This document shows positions 39,232-50,635 of a stretch of DNA of 64,000 nt, in pieces; the stretch's first letter is position 1, and the number at the start of each line of letters is the position of its first letter. Position numbers and translations under genes: made by a program. The notes beneath the pieces were generated by a model. It saw only the letters and a program-made list of their open reading frames with translations, did no database searches and was not told where the DNA came from. The stretch is from Carpediemonas membranifera BICM. Taxonomy: Eukaryota; Protista; Fornicata. The stretch covers positions 310,001 through 374,000 of the forward strand of contig JAHDYR010000004.1 in NCBI GenBank assembly GCA_019828565.1. The letters are read 5' to 3'.

Positions 39232-42200
39232 CATCAGAGAATGTCGGTAGATCACCGACGATCACAAGAAGGAGGTGGGAGAATCATCTTCACAAGGTCT
39301 CCTGATGTGCCTGGTGGTACATTAGGGATCCAGGAGGAGCTTCTCCACGTTATCTCCGAAATCCGCAAAAATTTCGCACAATACGTCCCTGATGAGGTCG
39401 TGAACGACTTCAACAGTAATCAGGAACTTATTTGACGCTTTGCAGAACGAAGCAAACGTTAGAACTTGGCTTGGAGACGGGAAGTCCCGTAAGAACAAAC
39501 GTCTGACTCTCGCAAAACTGCGGGAGATCCTCGACAGAATTCGTGCAGTTGCCGTGGCATACGAGGGTCGCAATGCGCCCAACGTCACGAAGTCTCGCAT
39601 GACAATGATCGATACAGCGCCTGCTCATGCAGCCGAAGTCGTGAGGACTGTCGCCCGGATCGCTGGTGCGCCTGTTGGGTCAACCGACACCGCCCGCGCC
39701 CTCAGCCCTTCACCCCAGACTCAGTCTGCCCCCGTCCCCCGCCCGCCGATTCCGAGCCAACCGCCGGCTCCGAGTCAGACCCCTCAACGCCCAGCAAGCC
39801 AGGCAAGCGAGGGCCCGTCCAGCGTTACACTCGACGCGTCCCAGACGCCAGAGTTCAATCAGCGCAGAGCGACGGCCCCCGTCCGCCCAGACTGTTTCCT
39901 CGACCCAGCGAAGGCCCTCTTCCTGGGTAAGCTCGCCCACCCAAGCGCCGTCGCGCCGGGTTCGCGGAGGGCTTGATCAGCCGCCTGAAGGCAATCGCCG
40001 ACGCCGAAGGCACGGACGCCAAACTTGCTGCCGCCGCGAGACTGTGCTCGTACGCGCAGACCTTGTACGCACCCCCGAAGGTCTCGGCTCGCAGGCCGAG
40101 AGCCAACCGCACAAGGCGCGCGTGGAACTTGGCCATACGTGGCTTCATCTCCAAGGCAGTGACAACGATCACGGGGTCGGAGACGACCCTCACGCCTGAC
40201 GAGATCAATCAGTCTCTGAAGGAGAAGCTGTCTTCTCCGACAGGGCTTGTGCCGAACATATCCCTCCCCGACGTGCCGGCGAACCCGCTCAGTGCCATCA
40301 CGGTCTCGCGCAAGCAGATCAAGGCCGCACTCATGAGCCTTTCGCCGGAATCCGCCCCTGGACCGTCGGGCCTGTCAGCGCTACACCTGCGCATTGCCGC
40401 GAGCGTGAGGCGTGGAGACCTCGTAGCCGCCTTGGAGCCTGTCTTGCAGGACATCCTGGACGGTGAGGAGTACACGTCGATCTTCGCACACGCGATCCTG
40501 GTGCCGGTGCCGAAGGATTGCGGTGGGGTCCGCCCTGTCGCAATAGGCGAGGTGCTGCGCCGGCTGGCGGCTAAGGTCGCCGCAACAGTCGTCTTCCCAA
40601 GGCTTGTCGTCGAGGATGAGTTGATGGGGGACCAATTCGGGCTTGGCGAATCAGCCGGCCTGGAGCGGCTGGCGACGGCCACGCTGAACGAGTACATGAA
40701 CGGGAGCACCATCGTGACGTTGGACATGTCCAACGCGTATGGCACGATGTCCCGAGATTATCTCGTGAAGGTGGTCGAGGCATATATTCCCGTACTCGGC
40801 CCCTACCTCCGCCGAATGTACGCCAGCGGCTTGCTGCTGACGACGACTGGCGAGGTGTGGGCCTCGGAGGAGGGCATCCACCAGGGTGATGCTCTCTCCC
40901 CACTCCTCTTCTCGCTGGGCATGTTCCCTCTGCTGACGCAGTTGCGCGGGGAATTCCCGGACTTCACTGTTCGCGGATACCAGGATGACGTTTCGGCGTC
41001 CATCCCGAGCCCCCTGCAAGACTACGAGACGGGCCGGAAGGCGAATTCATTCGTCTCTCGGTCGGAGCAGCTCTTTGCGAGTGTTGGGATGCCGTTGAAC
41101 CGGTCCAAGTGTGCGGTCGCTCATCGCGAGTCGCGGGACGACAACAACGCTTCGGACCAGGTGACGCGGGCGCAGTCTTTCAAGCTGGTGGGTATCCCCA
41201 TCTCCGTCTCCTCAGCCTTCCACGTTGAGTGCTGTACCAAGATCCTGAAGAAGGTGAAGGCCGTGCTCGACGCCGCCAAGGAGTTCTGCCGGGAGATCGG
41301 GTCGAAGGCCACGGCGGTGGCTCTGACGATTGTCAGGGTGTCTGCGCTCACCATCCCCATACATTTCTACCGCAACGTTCTCCCCACGATCAAGTCTACC
41401 ACAGGCCAGGGCAATTTGCTGGGCAAGACGGCCGTCTTTGAACGGCAGTGTATTGCCCCAGCCGTCTTGGACATCCTGCAAGACAAGATCACCGATGCGG
41501 AAGAGATGAAGAAGTTCTGCCGGCGGCTAGGGCTGCCGGTGCATGCGGGCGGTCTCGGCTTGCCGATGCCGCTCGATGTCTGGGCTCCCGCCTACCTGGG
41601 GGCCTCCCGGCATCTGCTGGAGTTTGGCCTCAGCCGGCCCGACCTGGATAAGGTCCTCGCGCTGGGCGCCAACGTGAAGGATTGGCCCAAGGATGAGGCA
41701 GCGCTGAAGGCGGTCGGCAAGGACAAGCCGCAGCACGAGTTGGTGTGCCTGTTGAAGGAACATAATTTCAACACCAACCCTGCGGTGAAGGACAGCGTCG
41801 TCGCGCCCAACATCATCAGCGCTATGCTCAAGTCCGACCCAGTCTCTGTCACGAGGCAGTCGAACCGCCACGAGGTCGACCGGGCCATGATCGCCGACCA
41901 CCTGGGCCGGCCCGCCTTTAGCGACGCGGCTGGAGTGTGCCCGATCTGCTCTGAGAAGCACAGTCGTACTGTGGCTATGAAGGGCTGGTCGCACGCGGTG
42001 GTGTGCCCGTGCCTACGCGGTGACGCAAAGGTGCAGCGGCATGACGCCATCCGGGACGAAGTGATCAGGACCCTCAAGGAGGAGGGCGTGGCAGCCAGGC
42101 CTGAGAGGTGGCTGACGCCGAAGTCTGCAGAGGCGAAGCATCCTTTGCGGCCGTACAGAGTGCGCATGGACGTCGAAGTCAGGCCCGACGAGGGCGGTGT

Positions 42201-42756
42201 GAAACCCGTCATTGACATCGTCTGCTCGGACTACGTCTCCGACGCGCGGGCTGATAAGGTGAAGCAGTATCAGCACTTCAACGTTGATATGGTGCCTGCT
42301 GTTGTCAGTTCGAGCGGCCGTTGCGCGCCCTGGAAGGCTGGCGGTGTGCCCTGGCCAGAGAGGCTGGTCGAGATGAAGCTGCTGGACAACGCGGCCAAGG
42401 ATCGTCTCGTGGACCGGGTTTTCGTTGCCAATTGGAAGTGGCAGTGCAGAGCCATCGTGGATTGGCTGACACAAGCCCAAGCTGCTCGCGAACGCGCGGC
42501 TGCTGCTGGGCAGGACATTGTGAGTGAGTAAGAACGGGAATACCACAACATTTCGCTGTTTTGATCTCACTTTGGTTACTTTCGTTGTCTTTTGCGGAGA
42601 AGTAGCTCCTTTCAAGGAGTTTTGGTACGTTTTGTGCGAGTGGATGCGTGAAATTGCGCAAAATCGAGCCTTGGTGCTCAGATGCGCGCTGCTGCTCAAA
42701 GTGAACGCAAATCGTGTTCCTTTACGCCGTTTAACGCAGTAAGCCGCGAGAGCGCC
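39232..42756 (+). mobile_element. CRE-clade-like non-LTR retrotransposon (RT plus restriction-like endonuclease), copy 1
   Basis: Single reconstructed ORF of about 1095 aa, about 225-nt 3' UTR, no poly(A); flanked by tRNA-derived target sequence. Confidence 0.92.
39241..42531 (+). CDS. CRE-like ORF: RT, CCHC knuckle, RLE (frameshifts near 39430 and 39940)
   Basis: SAPGPSG, VRPVAIGEVLRRL, QFGLG, LDMSNAY, GIHQGDALSPLLF, YQDD, LNRSKC, GGLG, CPIC...HAVVC, RHD, RMD, DIV, K..Y. Confidence 0.9.
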
Positions 42757-43142
42757 ATCGACGACCGAGTCGGAGTCAAGAGCAGCACTCGACCAGGGCA
42801 CCCGGGGTGCTGAGGGTCGGAGGGTCCCGCGGGGAGCGCGGGCCGGAGACTATTGATCGTTGGATTGATTCGACCAGATGTGCAGGATATGGCAGAATTC
42901 GAAAGATGCCCGAAGAAGACACGGGCACGCCCAAGGCAGAGGGTCCCGAACGACGGACCTGCCTCGTCTCGCGAGGAACGCGGGAAACGAAAGAAGACGC
43001 TGAATATTTACGCGGAGAGACAGGAAATCCGAGTAAATATTATTCCCCCATTTGGATATGAGTTAGGATGCGAGCACCACTCGAGCCCATTGGCACCCGG
43101 GGTGCTGAGACGCCCGAGAGGGCGCACGGAAACGTGCAGTTT

Positions 43143-43715
43143 ATGGCATCAGAATTTCGAATGCCCGAAGGCACATCGGGCACGTCCGCAGAACCTCCTG
43201 TATCCCAGGAAGAGTTCCGAAAGTTTACCAACAACGTAACTGCCACATTGGAGTTCATGAAAACGAAGATGGAGAACATCGAGGAAAGATCCATCCAGAG
43301 GGAGGTAGAACAAGAAGAGTACGAGCTAGAAACCGATGAGCAAGCAACCCAGGGAACCTTCCAAGGCTTTCCGTCCTTCTTGTTCGATTTGGAGCTCCCC
43401 AAGAGGTACGGGCCCCGCGACGAAGCCAAGTTCCTACGCGAGATCATGCGTCTCCTGACGACCGCGGACCCGCACTCACTCGACGTGAACGATCTACTGC
43501 TCCGTCTCCTGAGCCGGTTCAAGGTCCTTCTCCTCAAGGACGACTACGACGACAACGTCTGTGACTACGCCACTGCAGCCCTGCGAGCCACGCCCCCGAA
43601 GTCTGAGATGGAGATCGAGACGATCCTCGCTAAGGCCAAGACTAAGGGCAAGCGTAAGCGTCGGAATTTTCAGGAGCAGGGCTCCAGCAGCGTCGGCCGC
43701 CGGGCCCGCTCCTAA
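43143..43715 (+). CDS. PAT-A gag-like ORF1 (copy 2)
   Basis: Identical to copy 1. Confidence 0.75.
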   Translation: MASEFRMPEGTSGTSAEPPVSQEEFRKFTNNVTATLEFMKTKMENIEERSIQREVEQEEYELETDEQATQGTFQGFPSFLFDLELPKRYGPRDEAKFLREIMRLLTTADPHSLDVNDLLLRLLSRFKVLLLKDDYDDNVCDYATAALRATPPKSEMEIETILAKAKTKGKRKRRNFQEQGSSSVGRRARS

Positions 43716-43744
43716 TATTCCCATCAACCCGTTCGCGATGGCGG

Positions 43745-45646
43745 GTGTGGGAACAATTCAGGGTAGCTCCAGCAGTAGTAGCGCGGGTACGAGACGGAAT
43801 CCCCGTCGAGATCACAGCGCCTCCACCACCGGCAGCCCCACAGAGGACCATCGACCCGAGGATACTTCCGAAGCTCGAATCAATGACACAACAAGGAATC
43901 ATCGAGCCGACGCCCCTCAGTCAGCTCAAGCACAGCGCCCCGCTGTTTGCTGTCCCCAAGGGGGAAGACATAAGAGTGATCCACGACCTGAGGCGGCTGA
44001 ACACGGTCACACGCGAACGCCGCTCCTTCCGTCTGTTCGGCATACGTCGTGCCATCAACACACTCTCCAGCCAGGCCTGGATGGCCAAGATAGACCTAAG
44101 ATCCGGCTACTCACAGCTGGCCATCAGAGACTCGGACAAACCGCTCCTGGGCATCGCTCTGCCCGACGGTCGGGCGTTCCAATACCGCACGCTAGGCTTC
44201 GGTTGGACCGCCGCGCCTTATTTCTTCCAGTCCGCTATGGTCCAGGTAGCAAAGGTCATCGCCCTCCGCCACAAGGTAATCGTCAACGTCTACCTCGACG
44301 ACTTCTTACTGTCAGCCGACAGCAGAGACCACCTCAGCAAGGAAATACCCAAGATCATCAAGACGATGGAGGCACTGGGCCTCATCCCGTCGCTGGAGAA
44401 GTGCATCTTAACACCGTGCCAGTGCATAGAATTCCTTGGCCTGCTCCTGAACACCACGTCCAACACCATCCGTCTCCCCCGCCGACAAGGCCAAGAGGTA
44501 CGCAGAGGCCCTATCAGAAGCACTCGTCAAGAAGCGCATCCGCGCGAAAGACTGGGCGAAGATCGTAGGCAAGCTCTCCTTCTTCGCCACCTCTGCAAGA
44601 CGGGCTACCCTGAAGCTCCGCACGCTCCCCTCTGCCACGGAGAACTGGGTCGACATCCACCCCTACACAGCAGACCTCAAGGAGTGGCTGCAGCTCCTGG
44701 CCGTCCGACCAACCCGCTCCTTCGCCGAGTTGAAGAACCTATGGTCTCAGGACCAGCAACTAGAGCTGATTATTTCCACAGATGCGTCGGGCACAGGCTG
44801 GGGAGCCCAGTGGACCAACACGTCCGCGAACTCCCACGGTTCTTTCAAGGGCGCACTGGCGGAACAATCTATCAACGTGAAGGAGCTCGCCGCAGTCCTC
44901 TTTGGCTCACGCATCATACCAGCACAGGACTCAGAGCGCAATCTCACGGTCTTCTCAGACAACAGCTCGTGCGTCGCCTGGATCAACAAGGAGGGCAGCT
45001 CAAAGGCCCCCCGATGGCGCTACAGACACTCAGGATACTCTACAAGGAGATGGAACGCAAGAAGCTCCTCATACACGCTCGACACACCCCAGGCCACCTC
45101 AATCTCGCCGCAGACCGACTGTCACGCGGGTTGTCCACCCCACCCCACGTGCTGGAGACAATTCTCGAGACTTGGGGCCCCGTCGACGTGGACGCTACAG
45201 CACACCCAGACCGCACTCTACGCCTCCCAGGGTTTACCATCGAACACTGGCCGGACGGCCTGTTCAGGAACTGGCGCGGACACCGCGTTTATGCCGCGCC
45301 ACACCCGTCCCCGATGACCTTGGGACGGACATGGCAGACCCTCCTACCGATCTTAACGACCCCGACTACATCCCCTCCGAACTCGTGGACCTCAGCATGC
45401 TTCCTCGTCGTGCCAGACATTACGAGCCCCGAACTCCAACAACTCAAGGCGCACGCGACATGCAAGATTCCCTTCTCAGTACCGAAAGACGACTTCGCAT
45501 CAGAGGACCAACAACTCCTAGACCGTCTCTCCAGGCCAAACGGGACCATCCGCTTCATAGCTCTCGCCTTCAGGACACGTTCTCCAGAATCCTGCAGCAC
45601 CCAATACTGTCTCACATGCGCCGAGACGAGTCCAAGCGCTCAGTAG
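43745..45646 (+). CDS. PAT-A RT-RNase H-MT-like (copy 2, same two frameshifts)
   Basis: Identical to copy 1. Confidence 0.9.
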   Translation: MWEQFRVAPAVVARVRDGIPVEITAPPPPAAPQRTIDPRILPKLESMTQQGIIEPTPLSQLKHSAPLFAVPKGEDIRVIHDLRRLNTVTRERRSFRLFGIRRAINTLSSQAWMAKIDLRSGYSQLAIRDSDKPLLGIALPDGRAFQYRTLGFGWTAAPYFFQSAMVQVAKVIALRHKVIVNVYLDDFLLSADSRDHLSKEIPKIIKTMEALGLIPSLEKCILTPCQCIEFLGLLLNTTSNTIRLPRRQGQEVRRGPIRSTRQEAHPRERLGEDRRQALLLRHLCKTGYPEAPHAPLCHGELGRHPPLHSRPQGVAAAPGRPTNPLLRRVEEPMVSGPATRADYFHRCVGHRLGSPVDQHVRELPRFFQGRTGGTIYQREGARRSPLWLTHHTSTGLRAQSHGLLRQQLVRRLDQQGGQLKGPPMALQTLRILYKEMERKKLLIHARHTPGHLNLAADRLSRGLSTPPHVLETILETWGPVDVDATAHPDRTLRLPGFTIEHWPDGLFRNWRGHRVYAAPHPSPMTLGRTWQTLLPILTTPTTSPPNSWTSACFLVVPDITSPELQQLKAHATCKIPFSVPKDDFASEDQQLLDRLSRPNGTIRFIALAFRTRSPESCSTQYCLTCAETSPSAQ

Positions 45647-46482
45647 CCGGATGGATTACAGCATTCATCCTTGAGTACCGCGACCCACACGAGGACGACA
45701 CCGATGAGTACCGAGCCTTCCTGGAGGACGAGGCCGAGTATAATGCACCAGCCACGGTCGATCGAAAGGGATACTGGATCGAGAAGGCCGCCCCACTCTT
45801 TTCCGACTGGACCCCCAGCACCTACTGTCCACAAATCAGAAGAGGCATAGCAGACAACGCCAACACCACCGGCATGACAGGCGGGTCAGCCCCAGTCACA
45901 AGGGAGGACATGATCAGGGCCATCAAGTCCAGGAACAGCGACATCGCGACGTACCAAGCGACACTATTCGCCGCGATTGCTTACCTGACCGTGAGCCGCG
46001 GAGCTGAAATCTTCAACCTGACGAGCGCTGACATCGTGTTCAAGACAAACGGGGACGCCCAGCTGCTCCTTGGTCGCACAAAGACGCTTGCAAAGGTCAC
46101 TAAGTCACTACCCAACACCCTACTAGGCCCATTCAACCCAGCGCTGGCCCTGAAGAGATGGGTACGAGGCTTGAACCTTCCACCGGACGCCTGCATCTGG
46201 CGCGCGATCACATCCTCATCGAAGGTCAGCCGTAAGACCCCGTGCACAATGCGACGTATGCGAGAGGAGCTACGCACAGTCTTCCACGACAACAGGATTG
46301 GCCTACACAGCTTCCGCAAGGGAGCGGCTTCCGAACTGGCACTAGCAGGCACACCGATAGAGACCTTACTCCAACTCGGAACCTGGGCTAACGGCAACTC
46401 TCTCCGGCCTTACATCGGGGAGGCTATCCGCAACCACCCTCGTCAAACCCGACAAACTGCAACCTTACCTTACCTTACCTAG
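44902..46482 (+). CDS. PAT-A tyrosine recombinase (copy 2, uninterrupted YR domain)
   Basis: Catalytic residues R, K, HxxR, W and Y present; overlaps pol. Confidence 0.92.
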   Translation: MAHASYQHRTQSAISRSSQTTARASPGSTRRAAQRPPDGATDTQDTLQGDGTQEAPHTRSTHPRPPQSRRRPTVTRVVHPTPRAGDNSRDLGPRRRGRYSTPRPHSTPPRVYHRTLAGRPVQELARTPRLCRATPVPDDLGTDMADPPTDLNDPDYIPSELVDLSMLPRRARHYEPRTPTTQGARDMQDSLLSTERRLRIRGPTTPRPSLQAKRDHPLHSSRLQDTFSRILQHPILSHMRRDESKRSVAGWITAFILEYRDPHEDDTDEYRAFLEDEAEYNAPATVDRKGYWIEKAAPLFSDWTPSTYCPQIRRGIADNANTTGMTGGSAPVTREDMIRAIKSRNSDIATYQATLFAAIAYLTVSRGAEIFNLTSADIVFKTNGDAQLLLGRTKTLAKVTKSLPNTLLGPFNPALALKRWVRGLNLPPDACIWRAITSSSKVSRKTPCTMRRMREELRTVFHDNRIGLHSFRKGAASELALAGTPIETLLQLGTWANGNSLRPYIGEAIRNHPRQTRQTATLPYLT

Positions 46483-46534
46483 CTAGGATACTCTAGCCGA
46501 CCGCAAAGAGTGATATAAAATTCGAGCGATGCAG

Positions 46535-49500
46535 CATCAGAGAATGTCGGTAGATCACCGACGATCACAAGAAGGAGGTGGGAGAATCATCTTCACAAGG
46601 TCTCCTGATGTGCCTGGTGGTACATTAGGGATCCAGGAGGAGCTTCTCCACGTTATCTCCGAAATCCGCAAAAATTTCGCACAATACGTCCCTGATGAGG
46701 TCGTGAACGACTTCAACAGTAATCAGGAACTATTTGACGCTTTGCAGAACGAAGCAAACGTTAGAACTTGGCTTGGAGACGGGAAGTCCCGTAAGAACAA
46801 ACGTCTGACTCTCGCAAAACTGCGGGAGATCCTCGACAGAATTCGTGCAGTTGCCGTGGCATACGAGGGTCGCAATGCGCCCAACGTCACGAAGTCTCGC
46901 ATGACAATGATCGATACAGCGCCTGCTCATGCAGCCGAAGTCGTGAGGACTGTCGCCCGGATCGCTGGTGCGCCTGTTGGGTCAACCGACACCGCCCGCG
47001 CCCTCAGCCCTTCACCCCAGACTCAGTCTGCCCCCGTCCCCCGCCCGCCGATTCCGGAGCCAACCGCCGGCTCCGAGTCAGACCCCTCAACGCCCAGCAA
47101 GCCAGGCAAGCGAGGGCCCGTCCAGCGTTACACTCGACGCGTCCCAGACGCCAGAGTTCAATCAGCGCAGAGCGACGGCCCCCGTCCGCCCAGACTGTTT
47201 CCTCGACCCAGCGAAGGCCCTCTTCCTGGGTAAGCTCGCCCACCCAAGCGCCGTCGCGCCGGGTTCGCGGAGGGCTTGATCAGCCGCCTGAAGGCAATCG
47301 CCGACGCCGAAGGCACGGACGCCAAACTTGCTGCCGCCGCGAGACTGTGCTCGTACGCGCAGACCTTGTACGCACCCCCCGAAGGTCTCGGCTCGCAGGC
47401 CGAGAGCCAACCGCACAAGGCGCGCGTGGAACTTGGCCATACGTGGCTTCATCTCCAAGGCAGTGACAACGATCACGGGGTCGGAGACGACCCTCACGCC
47501 TGACGAGATCAATCAGTCTCTGAAGGAGAAGCTGTCTTCTCCGACAGGGCTTGTGCCGAACATCTCCCTCCCCCGACGTGCCGGCGAACCCGCTCAGTGC
47601 CATCACGGTCTCGCGCAAGCAGATCAAGGCCGCACTCATGAGCCTTTCGCCGGAATCCGCCCCTGGACCGTCGGGCCTGTCAGCGCTACACCTGCGCATT
47701 GCCGCGAGCGTGAGGCGTGGAGACCTCGTAGCCGCCTTGGAGCCTGTCTTGCAGGACATCCTGGACGGTGAGGAGTACACGTCGATCTTCGCACACGCGA
47801 TCCTGGTGCCGGTGCCGAAGGATTGCGGTGGGGTCCGCCCTGTCGCAATAGGCGAGGTGCTGCGCCGGCTGGCGGCTAAGGTCGCCGCAACAGTCGTCTT
47901 CCCAAGGCTTGTCGTCGAGGATGAGTTGATGGGGGACCAATTCGGGCTTGGCGAATCAGCCGGCCTGGAGCGGCTGGCGACGGCCACGCTGAACGAGTAC
48001 ATGAACGGGAGCACCATCGTGACGTTGGACATGTCCAACGCGTATGGCACGATGTCCCGAGATTATCTCGTGAAGGTGGTCGAGGCATATATTCCCGTAC
48101 TCGGCCCCTACCTCCGCCGAATGTACGCCAGCGGCTTGCTGCTGACGACGACTGGCGAGGTGTGGGCCTCGGAGGAGGGCATCCACCAGGGTGATGCTCT
48201 CTCCCCACTCCTCTTCTCGCTGGGCATGTTCCCTCTGCTGACGCAGTTGCGCGGGGAATTCCCGGACTTCACTGTTCGCGGATACCAGGATGACGTTTCG
48301 GCGTCCATCCCGAGCCCCCTGCAAGACTACGAGACGGGCCGGAAGGCGAATTCATTCGTCTCTCGGTCGGAGCAGCTCTTTGCGAGTGTTGGGATGCCGT
48401 TGAACCGGTCCAAGTGTGCGGTCGCTCATCGCGAGTCGCGGGACGACAACAACGCTTCGGACCAGGTGACGCGGGCGCAGTCTTTCAAGCTGGTGGGTAT
48501 CCCCATCTCCGTCTCCTCAGCCTTCCACGTTGAGTGCTGTACCAAGATCCTGAAGAAGGTGAAGGCCGTGCTCGACGCCGCCAAGGAGTTCTGCCGGGAG
48601 ATCGGGTCGAAGGCCACGGCGGTGGCTCTGACGATTGTCAGGGTGTCTGCGCTCACCATCCCCATACATTTCTACCGCAACGTTCTCCCCACGATCAAGT
48701 CTACCACAGGCCAGGGCAATTTGCTGGGCAAGACGGCCGTCTTTGAACGGCAGTGTATTGCCCCAGCCGTCTTGGACATCCTGCAAGACAAGATCACCGA
48801 TGCGGAAGAGATGAAGAAGTTCTGCCGGCGGCTAGGGCTGCCGGTGCATGCGGGCGGTCTCGGCTTGCCGATGCCGCTCGATGTCTGGGCTCCCGCCTAC
48901 CTGGGGGCCTCCCGGCATCTGCTGGAGTTTGGCCTCAGCCGGCCCGACCTGGATAAGGTCCTCGCGCTGGGCGCCAACGTGAAGGATTGGCCCAAGGATG
49001 AGGCAGCGCTGAAGGCGGTCGGCAAGGACAAGCCGCAGCACGAGTTGGTGTGCCTGTTGAAGGAACATAATTTCAACACCAACCCTGCGGTGAAGGACAG
49101 CGTCGTCGCGCCCAACATCATCAGCGCTATGCTCAAGTCCGACCCAGTCTCTGTCACGAGGCAGTCGAACCGCCACGAGGTCGACCGGGCCATGATCGCC
49201 GACCACCTGGGCCGGCCCGCCTTTAGCGACGCGGCTGGAGTGTGCCCGATCTGCTCTGAGAAGCACAGTCGTACTGTGGCTATGAAGGGCTGGTCGCACG
49301 CGGTGGTGTGCCCGTGCCTACGCGGTGACGCAAAGGTGCAGCGGCATGACGCCATCCGGGACGAAGTGATCAGGACCCTCAAGGAGGAGGGCGTGGCAGC
49401 CAGGCCTGAGAGGTGGCTGACGCCGAAGTCTGCAGAGGCGAAGCATCCTTTGCGGCCGTACAGAGTGCGCATGGACGTCGAAGTCAGGCCCGACGAGGGC

Positions 49501-50061
49501 GGTGTGAAACCCGTCATTGACATCGTCTGCTCGGACTACGTCTCCGACGCGCGGGCTGATAAGGTGAAGCAGTATCAGCACTTCAACGTTGATATGGTGC
49601 CTGCTGTTGTCAGTTCGAGCGGCCGTTGCGCGCCCTGGAAGGCTGGCGGTGTGCCCTGGCCAGAGAGGCTGGTCGAGATGAAGCTGCTGGACAACGCGGC
49701 CAAGGATCGTCTCGTGGACCGGGTTTTCGTTGCCAATTGGAAGTGGCAGTGCAGAGCCATCGTGGATTGGCTGACACAAGCCCAAGCTGCTCGCGAACGC
49801 GCGGCTGCTGCTGGGCAGGACATTGTGAGTGAGTAAGAACGGGAATGCCACAACATTTCGCTGTTTTGATCTCACTTTGGTTACTTTCGTTGTCTTTTGC
49901 GGAGAAGTAGCTCCTTTCAAGGAGTTTTGGTACGTTTTGTGCGAGTGGATGCGTGAAATTGCGCAAAATCGAGCCTTGGTGCTCAGATGCGCGCTGCTGC
50001 TGAAAGTGAACGCAAACCGTGTTCCTTTACGCCGTTTAACGCAGTAAGCCGCGAGAGCGCC
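46535..50061 (+). mobile_element. CRE-like non-LTR retrotransposon, copy 2
   Basis: Near-identical to copy 1 apart from small indels and 3 SNPs in the 3' UTR (49847, 50002, 50017). Confidence 0.92.
46544..49836 (+). CDS. CRE-like RT-RLE ORF, copy 2 (several 5' frameshifts; 47551-49836 open)
   Basis: Same motifs as copy 1. Confidence 0.88.
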
Positions 50062-50142
50062 TCCTGTCACAGGACCATCACTGGCACCTGCGCGCGCCGA
50101 TCAATGTGCACTTTAGGTCACACTTCGAAACGCATCGGCAGG

Positions 50143-50625
50143 ATGTCTGATAACGAAGACCTGCCGCCGCAAGACAGTCCCGATGAGCTTAACAAGCGTA
50201 TCGAGAAGCTGGAGCGCTTGGTTAAGATACAATCGGAAGCAATTTTGGAGCAGCAAGCAGAAGCAGCTCGCCGTCCACTGTTCCTGGAGATGCCAAAGAG
50301 GTTCGGCCTCGAAGATGAGGCCAGATTCGTATACAAGACCATGAATAGGATCGAGAACGGCGCAAAGATGAAGGAGATCGGGAACATTCTCTTTGCAAGA
50401 ATCCAGTACCTTCTAATCAAGGACGTGTACACTGACGCTACTGCAGAGCGGTTCGAGAACTATTGCAAGGCGAAGGGCGTGCCTGATCGCGACGAGGTCC
50501 TGGAACTGGCGGCCCGCGCCAAGTCTAAGGGCGATAAGCGCGACGCTAATTTTCGCCGCGGTGGCCGCGCTCAGGACCGAGGTCGCACTCAGACAGGATC
50601 CTCCGGCAAGAGAGCCCACACCTAA
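50143..50625 (+). CDS. PAT-B gag-like ORF1
   Basis: ATG immediately after repeat A1; homologous to PAT-A ORF1. Confidence 0.78.
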   Translation: MSDNEDLPPQDSPDELNKRIEKLERLVKIQSEAILEQQAEAARRPLFLEMPKRFGLEDEARFVYKTMNRIENGAKMKEIGNILFARIQYLLIKDVYTDATAERFENYCKAKGVPDRDEVLELAARAKSKGDKRDANFRRGGRAQDRGRTQTGSSGKRAHT

Positions 50626-50635
50626 CCCTCTTTCC

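Larger units (their letters stand above)
42780..46497 (+). mobile_element. PAT-like family A, copy 2
   Basis: Near-identical to 35473-39193 with the same target halves on each side. Confidence 0.9.
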
